From positions 450,001 through 482,000 of the forward strand of contig CAZETV010000001.1 of assembly GCA_964514965.1 (NCBI GenBank): DNA of 32,000 bases. The letters are read 5' to 3'. The notes under the pieces are model-generated. The model did not search any database, was not told where the DNA came from, and saw only the letters and a list, made by a program, of their open reading frames with translations. The first letter of the stretch is position 1. Each line of letters opens with the position of its first letter. This document shows positions 1 to 9,742 of the stretch, one piece after another. Position numbers and translations under genes: made by a program. The DNA is from Candidatus Hadarchaeota archaeon (GTDB lineage Archaea; Hadarchaeota; Hadarchaeia; Hadarchaeales; Hadarchaeaceae).

Positions 1-67
1 TGCGCCATGAAAATCACCAATTTCTGTGCTAGCTGCGTATTTAACCTTATCGAACCACTTTAAATTG

Positions 68-553
68 ATGCTGATAAAGCGCCGTTATCACGTTAGAAAA
101 GCCCTGCTTAAGCAACTTACACAGGAACTCGTCGAAAAGTTTGGCGAAAAAACGGGCGAACTTTTGAAAGGGGCGATCGAAGTGATGGAGCTGGGCGAGG
201 GCAGGGAAGTCATCTTGGTTAAAAGTAAAGTACTCTTTTTTAGGGTGAGTGATGGAATTTTTCCAACGCTGAACTCACTTGGTCGAATTCCACTAAAGCG
301 TGTAGTCGTTGATATGGGGGCCGTTCCTCACGTCGCCAACGGAGCTGACATTATGGCCCCGGGTGTAGTTTCATCCGACGAGGAAATTACGCTAGGGGAG
401 GGCGTGGTAATCGTGGATGAACGGCACAACAAGCCCATCGCGGTCGGAAAATCTCTTGTACCTGGTGCTAAGATGCGAGGTCCGAAGGGTAAGGTGATCA
501 AGAACCTTCATTACGTGGGCGATGAAATATGGCAGCTTCAAGCAAAGAGTTAA
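68..553 (+). CDS. PUA-domain RNA-binding protein (archaeal MCT-1/Tma20-like family)
   Basis: ORF track 26..553; ATG at 68 gives MLIKRRYHVRKALLKQL...; C-terminal VVVDMGAVPHVANGADIMAPGV...GEGVVIVDERHNKPIAVGKSL is a typical PUA domain. Confidence 0.85.
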   Translation: MLIKRRYHVRKALLKQLTQELVEKFGEKTGELLKGAIEVMELGEGREVILVKSKVLFFRVSDGIFPTLNSLGRIPLKRVVVDMGAVPHVANGADIMAPGVVSSDEEITLGEGVVIVDERHNKPIAVGKSLVPGAKMRGPKGKVIKNLHYVGDEIWQLQAKS

Positions 554-610
554 ATAGATTGAAATCCACCGACCATTTGTTAGGGTGATTATCTGAAATC
601 CTTTAAACGA

Positions 611-979
611 TTGTTCGGGGGAAAATCCAAGGTAAAGCCTGAGACGGTCGAGGAAGTACCGATAATGGAAATTGAGGAAAAGACCGTTAGTAGCCCCTCG
701 AGAGGTGTCAGTGAGCTTGAGCCTATCTACGTCAAGAGTATGGAGCTTCGAAGCCTCGTCGACGTTCAAGAGGTCGCTGACGAACTTCGAACCGGAAACA
801 TCATGGTCCTCGATATCAGCATGCTTATGAATCAAGACCCTGCTGAACTCAAGCGGGCGATAGACCAGCTAAAAGGAATCTGCCAAGCTATCGGTGGGGA
901 TGTGGGGCGTCTGACAGAGTCAAAGGTGTTAGCTACTCCAAAGTTCGTCAATATCCAGTTCAAAAGAGCAATTGCATAA
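611..979 (+). CDS. sepF: Archaeal SepF-like cell division protein (DUF552)
   Basis: YVKSMELRSLVDVQEVADELRTGNIMVLDISMLMNQDPAELKRAIDQLKGICQAIGGDVGRL is characteristic of SepF. Confidence 0.87.
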   Translation: MFGGKSKVKPETVEEVPIMEIEEKTVSSPSRGVSELEPIYVKSMELRSLVDVQEVADELRTGNIMVLDISMLMNQDPAELKRAIDQLKGICQAIGGDVGRLTESKVLATPKFVNIQFKRAIA

Positions 980-993
980 TTTTTGGTGAATTT

Positions 994-1572
994 ATGCGGA
1001 AGAGGGAGTTCCTGCTCCCTATTGAGTGTTGCCCAATTTGCGGAGCCAAAGGCACTTTTCGCGTCAATGGTAGAATCGACCACATCCCATATTTCGGCGA
1101 GATAATGGAGACCTTCGCAAGCTGCACCAGCTGCGAATTCAGGCACACGGATGTCGTGTGTTTAGGCGAGCGTCCCCCTCTACGCTACGAGTTTCAGATC
1201 AAATCCGAAGAAGATCTAAAGGTTAGAGTCGTGAAGTCGAGCACGGGAACAATCAAACTCCCAGAGCTTGGGGTGACAGTAGAGCCAGGGGCCGCGAGCG
1301 AGGGCTATGTGTCGAATATTGAGGGAGTTCTTAATCGTGTAGAGGCGGCAATAAAGCTGGCAATTAAAAAAGTTGATGCTACCAAGCGCCGGCGGGGACA
1401 GGCAAAGCTAAAAAAACTCGATGAGATGCGCGCCGGGAAGCGAAAGGCAAGGCTGATTCTCATGGACCCATTCGGGCACAGCACAATTGTAAACAAACGG
1501 GCCAAGAAACGCGAGTTGACTAAGCGGGAATTGGCATTGCTCAGAGGAAGTCCACACGCTAGTGGAGCCTGA
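994..1572 (+). CDS. ZPR1-type zinc finger protein
   Basis: CPICGAKGTFRVNGRIDHIPYFGEIMETFASCTSCEFRHTDV (C4 zinc finger) plus ZPR1-like body ending LILMDPFGHSTI. Confidence 0.87.
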   Translation: MRKREFLLPIECCPICGAKGTFRVNGRIDHIPYFGEIMETFASCTSCEFRHTDVVCLGERPPLRYEFQIKSEEDLKVRVVKSSTGTIKLPELGVTVEPGAASEGYVSNIEGVLNRVEAAIKLAIKKVDATKRRRGQAKLKKLDEMRAGKRKARLILMDPFGHSTIVNKRAKKRELTKRELALLRGSPHASGA

Positions 1573-3466
1573 GGGTCTCCAAACTCCGAGGCGCTCTCGT
1601 CTCAACCTTGAAAAGTTTGTGCAGCGCACTTGCTAAGTCGATACACTTGTTTTCATCACCATGGATGCATATGACGCGCTGCGGTTTGGGTGAAACCCTT
1701 CGCACATAGTTCAACAACTGGGCCCGATCCGAGTGCCCGCTGAATCCCTCGACCGTTTGGACTTCTATGTTTACCTTCACTTCCTCTACCCTCCCCTTCT
1801 CGTTGCGTAGGGGAACCTCGCGCCATCCTTTCTGGATGCGTCGCCCGAGTGATCCCTCACACTGGTACCCGACGAAGACAAGGGAATTACGCGGGTCGGG
1901 CGCAAGAGATTTAAAGTATTCGAGTATTGGGCCTCCTGCCATCATCCCTGCCGTCGATATGATCACCGCCGGGTCACCGTCGATTACCTGTGAGCGCTGG
2001 TCTGACCCCTTTACTCGCTCGAAGATATCGGAGAGGAACGGATTCTCGTCTACACGGAATATCCGTTCGCGCAGCTCTGGAGACAAATACTCTGGGTAGG
2101 CCGTGTGGATTGCCGTCGCCTCCCATATCATCCCGTCTAGATAAACTGGCGTCCCATCGAGTAGTCCCTTTCGCTTGTAATCCTCAAGCAGTACCATAAT
2201 CTCCTGCGCGCGCCCAACTGCGAATGCTGGCACGATAACCTTGCCCCCACGCTTCGTGGTCTCAGTCACTATCCGAATGAATTCCTTCTCAGCATTTACG
2301 CGGAAGGGCTGGATGTCCTCAGCACCTCCGTATGTGCTATCCATGACGAGAGTCTCCAATCGAGGAAACGTGCAGACGGCAGGAGAAAATAGGCGCGTAT
2401 GGTCGAACTTCAAGTCTCCCGTGTACACGAGGTTGTATACTCCCTCACCAATGTGGATGTGCGCAATCGAGGAACCCAAAATATGACCCGCGTTATGAAA
2501 AGTAATCCGGACATCGGGTGCTATGTCAGTCACATCACTGTAATCGAGCGGAATGCAGTGACGAAGGAAAGTATTGATGTCGCGCTTGTTGTAAGGGAGT
2601 GGTCGATTCTCACGCTCAGCTATGCCCACGTAGTCCAGCTGAAGAAGTACGGCGAGGTCACGTGTGGCCGGAGTACAATAGACGGGCCCTTCGAACCCGT
2701 ACTTGAAAAGATAAGGGACGAACCCGCAATGGTCGAGATGAGCATGTGTGAGAATCACAGCATCCAGTTCAGGCAACCTAATCTCTGGAATCTCAAGGTG
2801 GGGAAAAGCCCGATCCTCAGACGCGACATTTACACCGCAATCAATAATGACTCGGCTCTCAGGAGTCTGGAGCAAAAACGAGGAGCGCCCAACCTCGCGC
2901 GACCCCCCCAGAGTCGTGAAGCGAATCCAGTCGCCCTTGCTCTTGGGCTCGCGGTGTATCCGCCTTCCTATCTTCCGCAGAATGTCGCGTCTCTTGACAC
3001 CACCTTGGATTATCGAGAGGCGAATATTCCGCACAATTTCGGATTTAATAGGTGGCGCCCGCACCACCCGAGGCGTCCAGCTGATTTTCTGCATTATCTC
3101 GCGGAGTAATGAGCCGCCCTTGCCTATGGCTATTCCTGGTTTTTGTGCCTCAATGGTAACTTCTCCCACATCCTGGCTGAAAATTATATCTGTTATCCCA
3201 GCCTCTGTAGGGACAAGGCATCGGATTTCTTTTTCGGCTTTCTTAGGCTCGGTCAAGATTTTAGGATCTGGGCGGAGAATTATTCGTTTCCGAATTTTAC
3301 GTGCGAACTCCTTTATCACTTCGCCATTCTCCATCAGAAGACCAAGGTTCTTGCAGTAGAACACGACCCTCGGGCCCTCGAAATCTACATCAGAGATTGC
3401 ACTGGCGAAAGGTGTCTCCTTTCGCACAATTCGCTTAATCTCTTGTAATAGCTCTTCCGCAGCCAT
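1559..3466 (-). CDS. fttA: Beta-CASP ribonuclease / transcription termination factor aCPSF1 (FttA), KH domains + metallo-beta-lactamase + beta-CASP
   Basis: HAHLDHCG, VYTGDLKFD, STYGG, GFSGHSD motifs; N-terminal KH region GIAIGKGGSLLREI. Start chosen at second Met (MAAEELLQEIK). Confidence 0.93.
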   Translation of the reverse strand: MAAEELLQEIKRIVRKETPFASAISDVDFEGPRVVFYCKNLGLLMENGEVIKEFARKIRKRIILRPDPKILTEPKKAEKEIRCLVPTEAGITDIIFSQDVGEVTIEAQKPGIAIGKGGSLLREIMQKISWTPRVVRAPPIKSEIVRNIRLSIIQGGVKRRDILRKIGRRIHREPKSKGDWIRFTTLGGSREVGRSSFLLQTPESRVIIDCGVNVASEDRAFPHLEIPEIRLPELDAVILTHAHLDHCGFVPYLFKYGFEGPVYCTPATRDLAVLLQLDYVGIAERENRPLPYNKRDINTFLRHCIPLDYSDVTDIAPDVRITFHNAGHILGSSIAHIHIGEGVYNLVYTGDLKFDHTRLFSPAVCTFPRLETLVMDSTYGGAEDIQPFRVNAEKEFIRIVTETTKRGGKVIVPAFAVGRAQEIMVLLEDYKRKGLLDGTPVYLDGMIWEATAIHTAYPEYLSPELRERIFRVDENPFLSDIFERVKGSDQRSQVIDGDPAVIISTAGMMAGGPILEYFKSLAPDPRNSLVFVGYQCEGSLGRRIQKGWREVPLRNEKGRVEEVKVNIEVQTVEGFSGHSDRAQLLNYVRRVSPKPQRVICIHGDENKCIDLASALHKLFKVETRAPRSLETLRLH

Positions 3467-3503
3467 GCGTTTCCCTTTTAAGCAGTTATTTAAAGTAGCC
3501 AAT

Positions 3504-4169
3504 TTAAGCCAATTTTCTAATCTCTTCGAGCGAAAGTTCGCGATATTCTTTACTTGTTATCGCCGCAACCATAACTTCGTTGCCCGTGGCGATATCGCGC
3601 TTCATCGCCGTTTTTACAGCCCTGATTGCAATGGGTAAAACCTCCTCGATACCCATGCCCTCCTTGAACTCGTTTTCGAGCACACCATATGCAACTGGCG
3701 AACCCGAACCCGTAGCCACCATGGTTTCCTCATTCAGAGTACCATCGATGTCGACGAAAAATAACCTAGGGCCAGAATCATCAAAACCTCCAACCAGCAA
3801 GTTCGCGATGTATGGGAGTAAGCCGTACGAACGGATGGTATTAGCGACGAGTCTGGCACTTGCCCGTACATTCATTGGAATTCCTTCACGCAGCAGGTAA
3901 TAGCTGGCCTCGGCTTGGAGTGTGCTTACCAAGCTCTGAGTATCCGCGACCCCTCCCGCGGTGGTGACGCCGATGGTATTAGTTATTTTAAACAACTTCC
4001 GCGCTCGCTTGCTTGCCACGAGATAACCCATCGTGGCCCGGGTGTCCGTAGCTAACACTACTCCGTCTCGGCAAACGAGCCCGACCGTCGTCGTTCCCTC
4101 AAGATGCTTAAGCTTTGATTTTTCCAATCTAATCCCTCGCTGGAAAAAATGCTGCACTAGAAGCAGCAA
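3504..4169 (-). CDS. psmB: Proteasome subunit beta
   Basis: Short propeptide then TTTVGLVCRDGVVLATDTRATMG; GSGSPVAYGVLE. Confidence 0.93.
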   Translation of the reverse strand: MLLLVQHFFQRGIRLEKSKLKHLEGTTTVGLVCRDGVVLATDTRATMGYLVASKRARKLFKITNTIGVTTAGGVADTQSLVSTLQAEASYYLLREGIPMNVRASARLVANTIRSYGLLPYIANLLVGGFDDSGPRLFFVDIDGTLNEETMVATGSGSPVAYGVLENEFKEGMGIEEVLPIAIRAVKTAMKRDIATGNEVMVAAITSKEYRELSLEEIRKLA

Positions 4170-4229
4170 TTTAGTGCTGGCGTTAACTGTATATAAAGTT
4201 TATCAGCAAACAGAAGTTCGGTAAAACTG

Positions 4230-5276
4230 ATGAAAGAACCCAAACGTATAGAGCTGCCTCGTGAGGTCTGGATAGGCCCACACGTGATTGCGCAAGTCAC
4301 TGACGTTTGCAAACGCTTGTGTCCCGGCAAACACGCTTTAATACTCGCAGACACCACGACTTTCAAACTGGTTGGAGCTGGAGTTCAGCGTTCACTTAAG
4401 CGTGGCGGTTTTGATGTCGAGTACTCGTTAGTAAAGCAGGCCAATATGGCAACCGTAGCCAAAGTGTGCAAACTCGCCAAAGACAAAGCAAACTTTCTGC
4501 TGGGTGTCGGAGGCGGCACATGCATAGATGTTGCAAAGCTAGCCTCGTTCAAGGAGGGCAAGCCCTTCGTTTCAGTACCCACTGCTGCTTCTCATGATGG
4601 CATCGCATCATCTAGAGCCTCAATCAAGGGTGGACGAAAACCGACTTCAATAGAAACTCACGCTCCCATCGCAATCATCGCAGACACGCTTATCATAAAA
4701 CGCGCGCCTCACCGACTGCTCGCAGCTGGTTGCGGAGACCTCGTGGCGAACTTCACAGCAGTCCGTGACTGGGAACTCGCACATCGATTGTTTGGCGAGC
4801 CCTACAGTGAACATGCTGCAGCTCTCTCGCTCCTTAGTTCCCAGATTGTGATGGAGAATGCCAAACTCATTAAAAAACACTCTGAAGAAAGTGTGCGCAA
4901 GGTCGTGAAGGCGCTAATTTCGAGCAGCGTAGCAATGGGAATCGCTGGGAGCAGCCGTCCAGCGAGTGGCGCAGAACATTTGTTTAGTCACGCACTCGAT
5001 CAGCTCACCCCCAAACCTGCGCTCCATGGTGAGCAATGTGGTGTCGGGACGATTATGATGACATACTTGCATGGAGAGGACTGGCAAACAATCCGCGAAG
5101 CGCTCCGCACGATAGGATGCCCTACGAACGCGAAGGAACTCGGCATTCCAGCGAAATGCATAGTTAAAGCTCTTACCACGGCTCATCAGATAAGACCTGA
5201 ACGCTACACTGTGCTAGGGTCTGGGTTGAACAAACTCGCAGCAGAGCGGCTGGCGAGAAAAACAGGAGTAATTTAG
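4230..5276 (+). CDS. egsA: NAD(P)-dependent glycerol-1-phosphate dehydrogenase
   Basis: LLGVGGGTCIDVAKLAS, VPTAASHDGIASSRAS, HGEQCGVGTIMM; archaeal lipid glycerol enzyme. Terminates at TAG. Confidence 0.93.
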   Translation: MKEPKRIELPREVWIGPHVIAQVTDVCKRLCPGKHALILADTTTFKLVGAGVQRSLKRGGFDVEYSLVKQANMATVAKVCKLAKDKANFLLGVGGGTCIDVAKLASFKEGKPFVSVPTAASHDGIASSRASIKGGRKPTSIETHAPIAIIADTLIIKRAPHRLLAAGCGDLVANFTAVRDWELAHRLFGEPYSEHAAALSLLSSQIVMENAKLIKKHSEESVRKVVKALISSSVAMGIAGSSRPASGAEHLFSHALDQLTPKPALHGEQCGVGTIMMTYLHGEDWQTIREALRTIGCPTNAKELGIPAKCIVKALTTAHQIRPERYTVLGSGLNKLAAERLARKTGVI

Positions 5277-5294
5277 TTTGGTGAGTTTAACTCT

Positions 5295-5477
5295 TCACTC
5301 ACTATCGACTCCAACCATTTTTCCTGCTTTTCCCAGCAAGCTTCCCGCCCTCAATGATAAATGAACTTCGCTATCCAAATTTCTGACAGCCGTATATTGA
5401 CGAACTGATCCACGAGAACAATTTAAGCCTTGAAGAACAGCAAAAAGCTGTGTTACTTCGGTACTTCTCTCATTCAT
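5295..5477 (-). CDS. Short uncharacterised ORF immediately downstream of the phosphoesterase; no recognisable family
   Basis: 60 aa ORF MNERSTEVTQLFAVLQGLNCSRG..., same strand, 8 nt gap from 5486. May be spurious. Confidence 0.2.
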   Translation of the reverse strand: MNERSTEVTQLFAVLQGLNCSRGSVRQYTAVRNLDSEVHLSLRAGSLLGKAGKMVGVDSE

Positions 5478-5485
5478 CTTAACCG

Positions 5486-6148
5486 CTAGAGTTCAAGCAA
5501 TTTGGCCTGAATTTCATCGGTGCCGTTTATCGCTATCTCGGCGGCATAACCCTTGCTGATTGGCCCGGGGTTAACCATCAGGGTTCGCCCCAACTTGTCG
5601 GTGTTTCGAGCCTCGTGCACATGACCGCAGAGCGCCAACAACGGCTGTTTCTGCTCGATGAACTTGCGTATGCTCTTGCTCCCAACATGAGTACCATCAG
5701 CAATCTGATCGAGCTTAGTGTCATAAGGCGGAGCGTGAGTAATCAATATCCGGTTGTCGTCGGGAGTGCAGGCTAGAGCCGCCAATTCTTCTTGGATCTC
5801 CACCTCGGTGAGTTCAAAGAGAGTGTTAAAAGGAGTTAAATTAGACCCTCCTAGCCCCACGAAGGTGATGTCGCCGAGCCGCTCGCACTTTCCGTGAAGG
5901 TTTACCCCGTACTTATCGAGCACTTGCAGGATTTGCTTGGGATCACAATTTCCCGGTACCACAAATGTTGACACGCCCATCGTCTTGAGCCGCTCAAGCA
6001 AGCTCTCAGCGAGATTAGCTGGGCCGAAGTTCGTAAGGTCACCTATAAGCACGAGACAATCATAGCTGCGTTCGAGAAACTTCAAAAGGTTTTGCTCGCC
6101 GTTCGAACTACCGTGGAAGTCGGCAACTGCTAAAATCTTCAACTGCAC
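5486..6148 (-). CDS. Calcineurin-like metallophosphoesterase
   Basis: VADFHGSS, IGDLTNFG, VPGNCD, THAPPY, CGHVHEARN motifs. Confidence 0.88.
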   Translation of the reverse strand: MQLKILAVADFHGSSNGEQNLLKFLERSYDCLVLIGDLTNFGPANLAESLLERLKTMGVSTFVVPGNCDPKQILQVLDKYGVNLHGKCERLGDITFVGLGGSNLTPFNTLFELTEVEIQEELAALACTPDDNRILITHAPPYDTKLDQIADGTHVGSKSIRKFIEQKQPLLALCGHVHEARNTDKLGRTLMVNPGPISKGYAAEIAINGTDEIQAKLLEL

Positions 6149-6181
6149 ACCGAAGTTTATAGGCGACAGAGAGCATTAAAA

Positions 6182-7285
6182 GTGTTTTGGGTCTTAAAAA
6201 TGGTAAATATGTTGCTGGAGAAGTTTAGAGATCGCGTTTTGGCAACTCGAATCCTGCGGAGAATCAGAGAGCTCAGCCCAAATCGCAAAGTAAAATTCAT
6301 GCATGTGTGCGGAAGTCACGAGCTAACCATCACAAAATTTGGTCTTCGCTCAATTTCTCCCGATTGGCTCGAAGTGATTAGCGGTCCCGGCTGTCCAGTT
6401 TGTGTAACAAACGTGGGGGAAATAGACGAAGCGATTGAGCTTGCCCAACAGGGACATATCATCACCACCTTTGGCGACATGCTTCAGGTCCCCGGAACCC
6501 CAAATTCGCTCTCTGGCGCAAAGACCGAAGGAGCTGATATCAGGATAGTCTACGGTGTGGCGGATGCAGTCGAAACGGCGCGACGAAATCCTGGGCGAGA
6601 AGTCATCCACGCGGCCGTTGGGTTTGAGACAACTGCCCCCACCACTGCCTCCGAACTCCTTCGCGAACCCCCCGAGAATTTCAGCTTACTCGTGTGTCAC
6701 CGCCTAATCCCTCCCGCGATGAAATTTCTGCTCGCGTCCGGGGAGGCCGCACTTGACGGGTTCATCTGCCCAGGCCATGTCTCGACTATCATCGGTTCTA
6801 GACCCTACGAGCCTCTCTCAAAGCGCTACGGGGTACCACAGGTAATAGCTGGATTTGAGCCTATCGATATCCTGCTCGGGGTCTGGATGTTGTTGAAGCA
6901 GTTGCACGAGGGGAAGGGCGAAGTGGAGATTGAATACACCCGCTCAGTCAGCCCAGAGGGAAATGTGGTGGCACAAGAAAAAATGCGTGAGGTGTTCAAA
7001 ATTGTAGACAAGCGATGGCGCGGCTTCCCGGTAATCCCTAAGTCGGCCCTTCAGTTAAAGCGTGAGTTCAAAGAGTATGACGCACGTGCAAGATTTGATG
7101 TTCATGTGGAGAGCATGGCAGATTTCGCAAAGGGATGCCGGTGCGGTGAGGTACTCAGAGGGCTAATCCACCCCAGTGAATGCCCGCTGTTTAACAAAAC
7201 GTGCACCCCAGAGCACCCAGTAGGACCATGTGCCGTAACTACAGAGGGCACATGCAATATAGCAATGAAGCATCAACCATCATAA
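6182..7285 (+). CDS. hypD: Hydrogenase maturation protein HypD (true start possibly 6200)
   Basis: FMHVCGSHELTITKFGLRS, SGPGCPVCVTN, GFETTAPTTA, CxxCxCGEVLRG and other conserved Cys. No hydrogenase structural gene in the window. Confidence 0.92.
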   Translation: MFWVLKMVNMLLEKFRDRVLATRILRRIRELSPNRKVKFMHVCGSHELTITKFGLRSISPDWLEVISGPGCPVCVTNVGEIDEAIELAQQGHIITTFGDMLQVPGTPNSLSGAKTEGADIRIVYGVADAVETARRNPGREVIHAAVGFETTAPTTASELLREPPENFSLLVCHRLIPPAMKFLLASGEAALDGFICPGHVSTIIGSRPYEPLSKRYGVPQVIAGFEPIDILLGVWMLLKQLHEGKGEVEIEYTRSVSPEGNVVAQEKMREVFKIVDKRWRGFPVIPKSALQLKREFKEYDARARFDVHVESMADFAKGCRCGEVLRGLIHPSECPLFNKTCTPEHPVGPCAVTTEGTCNIAMKHQPS

Positions 7286-7523
7286 TCTTACATCATCTTT
7301 TCCTCTCGGGCAATCGATTACATAGGGCTTAGAATTAACATCTAGTATTTAGACGCGAGGATTAAATCAGCATAAATACCGCCAATTTTTCATTTAAAGA
7401 CGCATATTTTTCAATTTTTGGATTTATATGGAAATATACGGTTATTTTTGGCAAAATAGTTAAAAATTGATTACTTTTGTTGATTTAGAGGAAAATTTTT
7501 ATACCACTTGCCCATAATTTAGC

Positions 7524-8264
7524 TTGTTCTTGGTGATTGAGTTGGCCGCAGCAAAGAAAAAAGTTACTGAAATCCTCAGCTCGATCCGCAAAGAGGGAAG
7601 ACTTAAGTTAACGGAACTCGATTCCAAGCGGATTCTCGCTGTCTGGGGGGTGCCAGTAAATCGAACTGAGCTTGCCCATGACCTAAGCGAGGCCATTAAA
7701 GCTGCAAGAGAGGTTCGTTATCCTCTCGTCTTAAAAATTGCTTCTCCTGACATCATTCATAAAAGCAGAGCTAATGGCATCAAAGTTGGATTAACCTCGG
7801 AACTGGAGCTTCGACAATCGTTTAATGAACTAATCGATAACGTCCGCGCATACAAGCCCGGCGCAAAAATTCTCGGAGTGACAATCCAAGAATATCTCCC
7901 TCCTGCCCGCGAAGTGATCGTGGGCGCTCTGCAGGACCCCTCCTTCGGCGCTACGGTGAAGTTCGGGTTAGCTGGCGTATGGACCGAGGTATTTAATGAC
8001 ACCAGCTTCAGATTAGCTCCGCTCAACGCTGAGGATGCGCGCGAGATGATTCAAGAGATTAAGGGCTACCCCGTGCTTGCAGGCATTCAGAAGGCGCCCC
8101 CAGCCGACATCAATGCGCTCATTGACATAGCTCAAAAGGTCGGACAGCTAGCACACGAGTTTCCTGAATTAACCGAGATAGAGCTGAACCCAATTTTTGT
8201 GTTTGATAACGGGAAGGGCGCGATAACAGCCGACGCCCGGATAGTCCTTGGGGGGAGCAAGTAA
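7524..8264 (+). CDS. Divergent acyl-CoA synthetase (NDP-forming) beta subunit, ATP-grasp fold (start may be GTG 7533)
   Basis: YPLVLKIASPDIIHKSRANGIKVGL, REVIVGALQDPSFGATVKFGLAG, ELTEIELNPIFVF. Confidence 0.8.
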   Translation: MFLVIELAAAKKKVTEILSSIRKEGRLKLTELDSKRILAVWGVPVNRTELAHDLSEAIKAAREVRYPLVLKIASPDIIHKSRANGIKVGLTSELELRQSFNELIDNVRAYKPGAKILGVTIQEYLPPAREVIVGALQDPSFGATVKFGLAGVWTEVFNDTSFRLAPLNAEDAREMIQEIKGYPVLAGIQKAPPADINALIDIAQKVGQLAHEFPELTEIELNPIFVFDNGKGAITADARIVLGGSK

Positions 8265-9601
8265 TGTCGGGTGAAGTTAAGACAATTTTTGAGCCGAAAT
8301 CAGTCGTACTAATAGGCGCTTCTGCCGGGGAAGGAGTAGGGGCTACCTCGCCAGCTTTCTTTGGCTCGCTCGTTCAAAACACGCTTCACTTCTTTAAGGG
8401 TAAAACTCACGTCGTTGATTTTAGCGGGAAGCTTGAAGGTGCTGTCAAAAATTTAAATCAAGTCCCCAGTGGATGCGATATTGCGGTAATAGTGTTACCC
8501 CCAAAAATTGTTATGAAAAATTTACGGAAGCTGTTTGCTCGAAAAGTGAAAGCTATAGTTTTGGTTGCGGGAGGTTTTGATCAAAACCAGCTAGAGGAAC
8601 TCACGCGTGAAGCCACCAAACAAAAGGTTCGAATGCTTGGCCCAAACGTGAGAGCCGGCATAATCAACACGGTGAATGGCTTGTGTATAACTTTTGAGCG
8701 TGAAATCATGCCACCATGCGGTGACATCGCAATAATCTCGCAGAACTGCGCGGTTGGAACGGCGATACTTGATTGGGCTTGCTCTTATAGTGCAGGCGTG
8801 AGCAAATTCGCGTCAATCGGCGAGGGCACCGATATAACAGAGACGGACTTGCTTGAATTTCTAACCCAAGACAAGGAAACGAAGGTAATTTGTATTTATT
8901 TAGAAAGCGTTCATGATGGGCGAAAGTTTCTTAAATTGATTAACGAAGCGTCGAAAAAAAAGCCAGTCGTCGTGCTGAAGGGGAGCACGACGCGCGAAGG
9001 AATTGAGCAAGATAGAATATTCGCCACCGCTCTTAAGCAGGCCGGCGCTTTTCAAGTCGATGATGTCGAGGAACTCCTTAGCGTCGCGAATGCTCTGTCG
9101 AAACAACCATGCATGCGGGGCAATAGAGTGGCTGTAATTACTAACGTTAGCGGGCCGGCAGTTTTGGTGGCAGACATGTTATCCCGCGAGAGGTTAGCGT
9201 TGGCGAAACTATCTGATAAAGTCGCGAATAAAATCATCCAGAAATATCCAGATACCAGCATAGCGGATTGGGTGAACCTTGGCATTGACGCAAATGGAGA
9301 TCGTTACAAGTTTGTTCTTGAACAAGTACTATCAGAATCAGGTGTCGATGGTGTTGTAGTAGTAAATGAACTCAAGTCGACGTTTCTCAAACTCGAAGAT
9401 TTTCAGGAAATAACAAAAGCAATGAAAAAGTCGAAGAATATACCGGTTGTCGACATTGTGATGTGTAGGAAAGACTGCGCTCTTGTGCGGGAGAAGCTCC
9501 AAGATAAAGATGTCTGCGTTTATGCTTCACCTAGAAAAGCTGCTCAAGCTTTATGCGCACTTTACTCGTATGAAAAAACTCGGAAGAGATTTAGAAAATG
9601 A
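8264..9601 (+). CDS. Divergent acyl-CoA synthetase (NDP-forming) alpha subunit-like, lacking the phosphohistidine loop
   Basis: FEPKSVVLIGASAGEG (CoA-binding), IAIISQNCAVGTAILDWA, IYLESVHDGRKFL, RVAVITNVSGPAVLVADML; overlaps beta subunit gene by 1 nt. Confidence 0.8.
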   Translation: MSGEVKTIFEPKSVVLIGASAGEGVGATSPAFFGSLVQNTLHFFKGKTHVVDFSGKLEGAVKNLNQVPSGCDIAVIVLPPKIVMKNLRKLFARKVKAIVLVAGGFDQNQLEELTREATKQKVRMLGPNVRAGIINTVNGLCITFEREIMPPCGDIAIISQNCAVGTAILDWACSYSAGVSKFASIGEGTDITETDLLEFLTQDKETKVICIYLESVHDGRKFLKLINEASKKKPVVVLKGSTTREGIEQDRIFATALKQAGAFQVDDVEELLSVANALSKQPCMRGNRVAVITNVSGPAVLVADMLSRERLALAKLSDKVANKIIQKYPDTSIADWVNLGIDANGDRYKFVLEQVLSESGVDGVVVVNELKSTFLKLEDFQEITKAMKKSKNIPVVDIVMCRKDCALVREKLQDKDVCVYASPRKAAQALCALYSYEKTRKRFRK

Positions 9602-9742
9602 AGGAAACGGAAAAATATTCCACCCGAATGTCTCACCACAAGGAATCGTAACGAATGATTAGCAGTGGGCATCTGTAGGATCTGATAAAGAGATTTAGAG
9701 AAATCGGAAGCGGTGCTGCGGGAGTTGAATCTCTTGTTAGCA

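Noticed and set aside
2399-3109. 236-aa plus-strand ORF opposite fttA
   Set aside because: Fully antisense to the well-conserved beta-CASP coding sequence; long shadow ORF.
6182-7285. Hydrogenase locus
   Set aside because: Only the maturation gene hypD is present; no structural or other hyp genes in the window.
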